From Gemmatimonadota bacterium (GTDB taxonomy: Bacteria > Gemmatimonadota > Gemmatimonadetes > Longimicrobiales > Gaopeijiaceae), in contig JBDHHQ010000008.1 of NCBI GenBank assembly GCA_039589315.1, forward strand, positions 15,109-79,108: 64,000 bases of DNA. Direction: 5' to 3'. Below are positions 59,098-64,000 of the stretch, piece after piece. Each line of letters begins with the position of its first letter. Position 1 is the stretch's first letter. The notes below the pieces were generated by a model that was given only the letters and a program-made list of their open reading frames with translations, ran no database searches and had not been told where the DNA came from. The position numbers were made by a program, and so were the translations under genes.

Positions 59098-60080
59098 TGT
59101 CCCGACCGCACGTCGCCACCCGTTCCCTGGATCACGAGCGCGGTCTCCTGGAAGAGATTCTGACCGGCTGGTCGGGGGACGAGATCCGGATCCGCGCGCT
59201 GGACCGCCGGGCCTGCGAATTCGCCGGGAGGTGGCCGTCCCAGATCCTGGACGCGGAGCTCGAGAGCGGCGCTCGCCTCTCGGTCATACGGAAGCAGGTC
59301 GGCGTGAGCGGCCATCCGGACAAGTCATATCCCGACAAGGAGATCCGGATGTACGCGCGGGTGCTGCTGGGGGGGTCCCTGCCCGTGCCCCGGTACTTCG
59401 GCGCGAGGTGGGACGAGGCGGCGCAGACGCACGAGCTCTATCTCGAATACGTGGACGCCTTGTCCCTCAAGTACCAGGGCATCGCTCTGTGGTACAGGGC
59501 GGCGGAGGCCATCGGCCAGCTCCACGCGCACTTCGCGCACCGCCTCGACGACCTCAGGGCGGAGGAGGCGCTTCAAACCCTGGACGCTGCGTACTTTCGA
59601 CGTTGGGCGGAGCGGGCCCGCGTCGAGCTCGACGCGCACCTCCCGGATCTGAGCCCCGAGCTCGCCACGCTGCTGTCCGGGTACGACGACGTGGTCGTGC
59701 TCCTGGCTGAGGCGCAGCGGACCCTGGTGCACAACGACCTGGGGGCGCGCAACGTGGTGGTGGACGCCGGACGGGCCCCCCCGCGCGTGTGCATCGTCGA
59801 CTGGGAGAACGCGGGTATCGGGTGCGGCGTGGTCGATCTCACCCACCTGACCTACGGGTTGGCGGAAGACGAGCGCCGCCGGATGTGCCGGGCGTACTTC
59901 GCGAAGCTCGAGGGCTCGCCTCTGGCCGTCGGTGAAGTCGCTGGCGCGGACCGGCTGGCCGCGGCGGGGGAGGTGCATCGCGTGGTCTATCGGCTCGGAC
60001 GATGCCGCCGCCGAGGTTACAGCCGGGAGGCGGTGCTGGGCCTGCTCGCACACGCCGTCCGATTCCGCAATCGCATCTGA
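59097..60080 (+). CDS. Kinase-fold protein K5 (beta subtype; canonical HNDLGARN / DWE)
   Basis: There is a 1-nt TGATG overlap with K4. It has LVHNDLGARN and VDWENAGIG. The SLKYQ block is shared with K4, and K2 has the similar NLKYH. Confidence 0.7.
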   Translation: MSRPHVATRSLDHERGLLEEILTGWSGDEIRIRALDRRACEFAGRWPSQILDAELESGARLSVIRKQVGVSGHPDKSYPDKEIRMYARVLLGGSLPVPRYFGARWDEAAQTHELYLEYVDALSLKYQGIALWYRAAEAIGQLHAHFAHRLDDLRAEEALQTLDAAYFRRWAERARVELDAHLPDLSPELATLLSGYDDVVVLLAEAQRTLVHNDLGARNVVVDAGRAPPRVCIVDWENAGIGCGVVDLTHLTYGLAEDERRRMCRAYFAKLEGSPLAVGEVAGADRLAAAGEVHRVVYRLGRCRRRGYSREAVLGLLAHAVRFRNRI

Positions 60081-60150
60081 GGAGAAGCGTGGACGCTCGG
60101 TACAACTTCCCGGACATCGCGGACGTCGTGACTCGCTCTGCCGGTCGGTC

Positions 60151-61305
60151 ATGAAGATCATCGTGTCGTCCAACTTCTCACACTGTGCCCACCGTCCAGG
60201 GGCCCTGGACAACCGCGTGGCCCACGTACGTGGGCTGGCGAGCCTCGGTCACGAGGTCTACGTGATAGAGGACGTGGCTCCCGAGAGGTGCTTCGACGCT
60301 AGATACGAGCCTGTTCGGTTCGAGGACTGGGCCGGCCGCGACCGCTTCCGCTCTGTCGTCGGCGCGCTCGGTCTGCGGACCAGGTCCGCGCTCATCTACG
60401 ACCGGGGTCGGGCGACGTACGGGATGTCTCTGGCCGAGGTGGAGTCTCACGCGAGGTCGGCCGATCTCCTCGTCAGCATCGCCAGCGCCCTGGATACGGA
60501 GTCCGTGCGAGACGTGGTCCCGTGCCGGGTCTATGTCGACACGGCGCCGGCCAAGGTCCAGGTCTACCACGCTCAGTACGGGATAGACTACGGCTTCGAG
60601 CACTATCATCACTTCTTCACGTTCGGATTGAACATCGGGTCCGCGGACTGTCCGATCCCCACCTGTGGCGTGCAGTGGCGGGGAATCCTGCCTCCCGTGG
60701 TCCTGGCCGATTGGCCCCGGGCAACGTCGCTCGAAGGCGACCGCTTCACGACCGTATCGAGCTGGGCCGGAAGCAAGCACACGTTCGACTACGCGGGGAT
60801 CTACTCGGGAGACAAGGCGGACGAGTGGAGACGATTCGCCGAGCTCCCGGGGAAGACCGACCAGACGCTCGAGATCGCGTTGAACATCCATCCCGCCTAC
60901 CGGGAGGACATCGAGCTGCTGGAGGGAAACGGATGGGTCCTGCGGCCTGCGGCCGAGCTCGATTCCGTCGAGACCTACCGGACGTACCTCAGCGAATCCC
61001 GGGCGGAGCTCAGCGTCGCCAACGCCCGCTACGTGCGCTTCAACACCGGGTTCTTCGGTGACCGGACGGCTCGCTACCTCGCCTGCGGCAGGCCGGCCCT
61101 GATCCAGCGGACCGGGTTCGATGGCCAGCTGCCGGTGGGGGAAGGACTCCTGACGTTCGAGACGCTGGAGGAGGCCGCCGCAGGTATCCAGGAGATCAAC
61201 GGGCGCTACGCCCGCCACGCCGAGGCGGCCCGGAGCATCGCGGAAGAGTACTTCGACGCCGAGCGCGTGCTCTCCCGAGTGCTCGCGGAGATCGGTTGTC
61301 CATGA
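60151..61305 (+). CDS. GT-B/CgeB-like paralog G3a
   Basis: It has N-terminal MKIIVSS...LASLGHEVYVIEDV. The motifs are CRVYVDTAPAKVQVY, FFTFGLNIGSADCPIP, WRGILPPV, GDKADEWRRFAELP and GFFGDRTARYLACGRPALIQRTGF. Confidence 0.65.
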   Translation: MKIIVSSNFSHCAHRPGALDNRVAHVRGLASLGHEVYVIEDVAPERCFDARYEPVRFEDWAGRDRFRSVVGALGLRTRSALIYDRGRATYGMSLAEVESHARSADLLVSIASALDTESVRDVVPCRVYVDTAPAKVQVYHAQYGIDYGFEHYHHFFTFGLNIGSADCPIPTCGVQWRGILPPVVLADWPRATSLEGDRFTTVSSWAGSKHTFDYAGIYSGDKADEWRRFAELPGKTDQTLEIALNIHPAYREDIELLEGNGWVLRPAAELDSVETYRTYLSESRAELSVANARYVRFNTGFFGDRTARYLACGRPALIQRTGFDGQLPVGEGLLTFETLEEAAAGIQEINGRYARHAEAARSIAEEYFDAERVLSRVLAEIGCP

Positions 61306-63113
61306 GCAGCGAGCGCCAAGCGCCCGCCGACCTCGCGTTGATGCGCCGCGCCCTCGTCATGGCGCGGCCGTACTGGCCTCACATCGTCGCGACGTTCCTG
61401 ATCACGTTGGTCGCGACCCCCATCGCCCTCCTGCAGCCACTGCCGCTCAAGATCGCCGTCGACAGTGTCATTGGCGACGACGCCCTCCCGGGCTTTCTGG
61501 AGCCTTGGGTCCCACGGGCCTTTTCGTCCTCGACGTTGGGCCTGCTGGTCTTCTCGGCAGCCCTCGTCGTGCTGGTCGAGCTTCTGGCACGCCTGCACAA
61601 GCTGGTGACCGCGGTGCTCCAGATCTACACGTCCGAACGGCTCGTCCTGGACGTGCGCTCGCAGCTCTTCCGGCACGCGGAGGGCCTGTCGCTCTCCTAC
61701 CATGACGCCAGGGGCTCGGCCGACGCGTTGTACCGGCTCCAGTCGGACGCTCCGTCCATCAACGCCATCGCGCTGGGAGGGGTCGTCCCGCTCATTCGCT
61801 CCATCGTCACGTCGATCGCCATGCTGTACGTCACCGCGCGCATCGACCTGACCCTGACTCTCGTGGCGGTCACGGTGTTTCCGGTCACGCTCATGGTGAC
61901 GCTCATCGCCAAGCGGCGATTCCGGAGCCGGTGGCGCGGCGTGAAGGAAATCGAGAGCTCTGCGCTGGCCGTGGCGCAAGAAGTGCTCACGAGCCTCCGG
62001 GTGGTGAAGGCATTCGGGCAGGAGGAGAGAGAGCGCCGGAGATTCGAGCGTGTGTCGCAACAGGGGATCGGAGCCCGGATCCGGGTCCACATCGCCCACA
62101 GCGGATTCAGCATCCTGGCGGGGTTGATCCGGGCCGGCGGCACGGCGGCGGTCCTGTTCTTGGGCGTGCTGCACGTCCTGGATGGGACGCTCACCTTGGG
62201 CTCGCTGTTGCTCGTGATGTCCTACCTGGCCCAGCTCTACGGTCCGCTACTCGCGCTGGGGCAGCAGTTCACGGCTCTGCAGCGCTCGTTCGCCAGCGCC
62301 GAGCGGGTGTTCGAGTTCCTGGACCGGGAGCCCGACGTGCAGGAGGCACCGAACCCACGCCGCCTGGAGAGGGCACGCGGAGCCTTCGTATTCGACGGTG
62401 TCTCGTTCTCGTACGGGGAGGAGACGGTGCTCGACGGGTTCGAGCTGTCGGTGCCTGCTGGCGCTCGCGTGGGTGTCGCAGGCCGAACCGGGGCGGGGAA
62501 GACGACCCTGATGAATCTTCTCGCTCGGTTCTACGATCCGACCAGTGGTCGTATCCTGCTGGACGACGTCGACATCCGGGAGTTCAAGGTCTCGGATCTA
62601 CGGGGGCAGTTCGGCATCGTGCTGCAGGAGCCGGTCCTGTTCTCCACCACGGTCGCGGAGAACATCGCGTACGGGTGCCCGACCGCGTCGAGGTCCGAGA
62701 TCGTGGGTGCGGCCAGGGCGGCCAACGTGCACGACTTCCTCGAGGGGCTGCCCAACGGCTACGAAACCGAGGTGGGTGAGCGGGGGATGCGCATGTCCGG
62801 CGGAGAGCGACAGCGCATCGCTCTGGCCCGGGCCTTCCTGAGGGACGCACCGATCCTGATCCTCGACGAGCCCACCAGCTCGGTGGACATCGAGACCGAG
62901 AGCTCGATCATGGAGGCCATGCAGCGGCTCATGCGGGGGCGCACGACCTTTCTCATCGCCCATCGTCTGCAGACCCTGGAGGCGTGCGACCTGCTTTTGG
63001 TCATGGACGGTGGGAGGCTGATCTCGGTGACTACGAAGGTAGAGGAGGCCCTGGGCGCCGTGCAGCAGGCAGGGGCGTTGGACGCTGCAACCGAAGCCGA
63101 CGGCCAGCCGTGA
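61302..63113 (+). CDS. ABC exporter, fused permease/ATPase half-transporter (MsbA-like type I exporter)
   Basis: It has six N-terminal TM segments, Walker A (GRTGAGKTT), the signature MSGGERQR, Walker B (ILILDEPTS) and an H-loop (IAHRL). It has no C39 peptidase domain. There is an ATGA overlap with G3a. Confidence 0.85.
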   Translation: MSSERQAPADLALMRRALVMARPYWPHIVATFLITLVATPIALLQPLPLKIAVDSVIGDDALPGFLEPWVPRAFSSSTLGLLVFSAALVVLVELLARLHKLVTAVLQIYTSERLVLDVRSQLFRHAEGLSLSYHDARGSADALYRLQSDAPSINAIALGGVVPLIRSIVTSIAMLYVTARIDLTLTLVAVTVFPVTLMVTLIAKRRFRSRWRGVKEIESSALAVAQEVLTSLRVVKAFGQEERERRRFERVSQQGIGARIRVHIAHSGFSILAGLIRAGGTAAVLFLGVLHVLDGTLTLGSLLLVMSYLAQLYGPLLALGQQFTALQRSFASAERVFEFLDREPDVQEAPNPRRLERARGAFVFDGVSFSYGEETVLDGFELSVPAGARVGVAGRTGAGKTTLMNLLARFYDPTSGRILLDDVDIREFKVSDLRGQFGIVLQEPVLFSTTVAENIAYGCPTASRSEIVGAARAANVHDFLEGLPNGYETEVGERGMRMSGGERQRIALARAFLRDAPILILDEPTSSVDIETESSIMEAMQRLMRGRTTFLIAHRLQTLEACDLLLVMDGGRLISVTTKVEEALGAVQQAGALDAATEADGQP

Positions 63114-63245
63114 AGATCATCCACCCAGGGGCCGAAACCGGAATGGCGAATGCGTTCGGCGGACCTGCTCGGTGAGGCGTAGCACTCCAGCGGGGCCGAG
63201 GCCTCGCGGCCCCGCGCCGAAGAAGGGGTCGGCGTGCGACGCGGG

Positions 63246-63998
63246 TTGAGAGTGATCGTCTCGAGCGTGTTCTCACGCACGCGATACGCGGAGCTCCCCG
63301 GAGATCGCGACGCCCGGATGGCCTTCGCTGTGGGCTTCCGCGCGTTGGGGCACGACGTGTTCGTCGTGGAGGAGGTGGAAGAGGGTCAATGCCTGGATTC
63401 AAGTGGCCAGATCGTGCCCTTCGACGAGTGGCGCGGGCGTGATCGCTTCCTGGCGACCATGCGGGAGTATGGCTTCGCCGATCGATGCTGCCTCGACTAC
63501 CGCGGCGGACAGGCGACGGTCGGCATGAGTCGGCACGCGCTGCGGGGTGCCGCGAGCGGTGCGGATCTGCTCCTGGCCGTCGGCGGGCGCCTCCGCAACC
63601 CTGAGCTTCTCGAGGCCGCCGGGCACCGCGCCTACGTGGATATCAACCCCGGCAAGACGCAGGTCTACGCGTTCGAGTACGACGTCGACTACGGACTCTC
63701 CGCTTTCGACTCGCACTTCAGCGTGGGGCTCGCGATTGGCCAGCCCCAGTGTCCACTCCCGACCGGGGGCTTCCAGTGGCATCCCCTCGTGATGCCGGTC
63801 GTCCTCGACCGCTGGCGCCCGAACGCCGCTTCAGGTCGAGCCTTCACGAGCATTACGAGCTGGAACCGCAAGCACGACTTTGACTTTCAGGGCGTCGCCT
63901 CTGGAGACAAGGTGGAGCAATGGCTGCGGTTCGTCGACCTTCCGAACCGCACCGGCCAGAGCATGGAGATCGTGCTCCCGGTTCGGGAGATCAGCGCG
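63246..63998 (+). CDS. GT-B/CgeB-like paralog G3b, 3' end cut by window edge (not in supplied ORF track because no stop is reached)
   Basis: I translated it by hand from 63234. The translation reads (V)RRG-LRVIVSSVFS...FRALGHDVFVVEEV...HRAYVDINPGKTQVY...HFSVGLAIGQPQCPLP...WHPLVMPVV...FTSITSW...GDKVEQWLRFVDLP, which is collinear with G3a. The start is TTG 63246 or GTG 63234. Confidence 0.6.
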   Translation, partial: MRVIVSSVFSRTRYAELPGDRDARMAFAVGFRALGHDVFVVEEVEEGQCLDSSGQIVPFDEWRGRDRFLATMREYGFADRCCLDYRGGQATVGMSRHALRGAASGADLLLAVGGRLRNPELLEAAGHRAYVDINPGKTQVYAFEYDVDYGLSAFDSHFSVGLAIGQPQCPLPTGGFQWHPLVMPVVLDRWRPNAASGRAFTSITSWNRKHDFDFQGVASGDKVEQWLRFVDLPNRTGQSMEIVLPVREISA

Positions 63999-64000
63999 CG

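Overview
High-GC (roughly 68-70% by eye) bacterial chromosomal segment. The gene content suggests a Gram-negative-type lineage, possibly Gemmatimonadota-like, but I cannot verify this. Positions 1-43.9 kb are an almost perfectly co-directional (+ strand) block of about 44 housekeeping genes. These include prmC, an inositol-phosphate synthase plus CDP-alcohol transferase pair, tmk, ctp protease, obg, dprA, hemW, hrcA-dnaJ-prmA, mutS2, dnaG, recJ, rsmD, coaD, pta and an orphan STAS/RsbW/PP2C partner-switching module. They continue with rsmA, rex with a perfect Rex operator, a thiolase/hbd/acyl-CoA DH/Leu-DH cluster, glyA, nnr, thiL, plsC, eno and ftsB. Many of these genes are joined by ATGA/GTGA start-stop overlaps. 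A strong bidirectional terminator, one minus-strand SPFH gene and a tRNA(CAT) separate this block from a different block at 45.5-64 kb. That block starts with a GH-like/GT2/TM fusion synthase and a signal-peptide beta-barrel candidate. It continues with a translationally coupled operon of at least 12 genes: five paralogous APH/CotS-like kinase-fold proteins (two with degenerate catalytic loops), six paralogs of an unplaced GT-B/CgeB-like protein in three subfamilies, and an MsbA-type ABC exporter. The window cuts this operon off at 64000. It is my best candidate for an undescribed surface-glycan or phospho-modification system. I saw no CRISPR array, rRNA, transposase or integrase. All calls come from reading the translations and sequence by eye. 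No database search was run.
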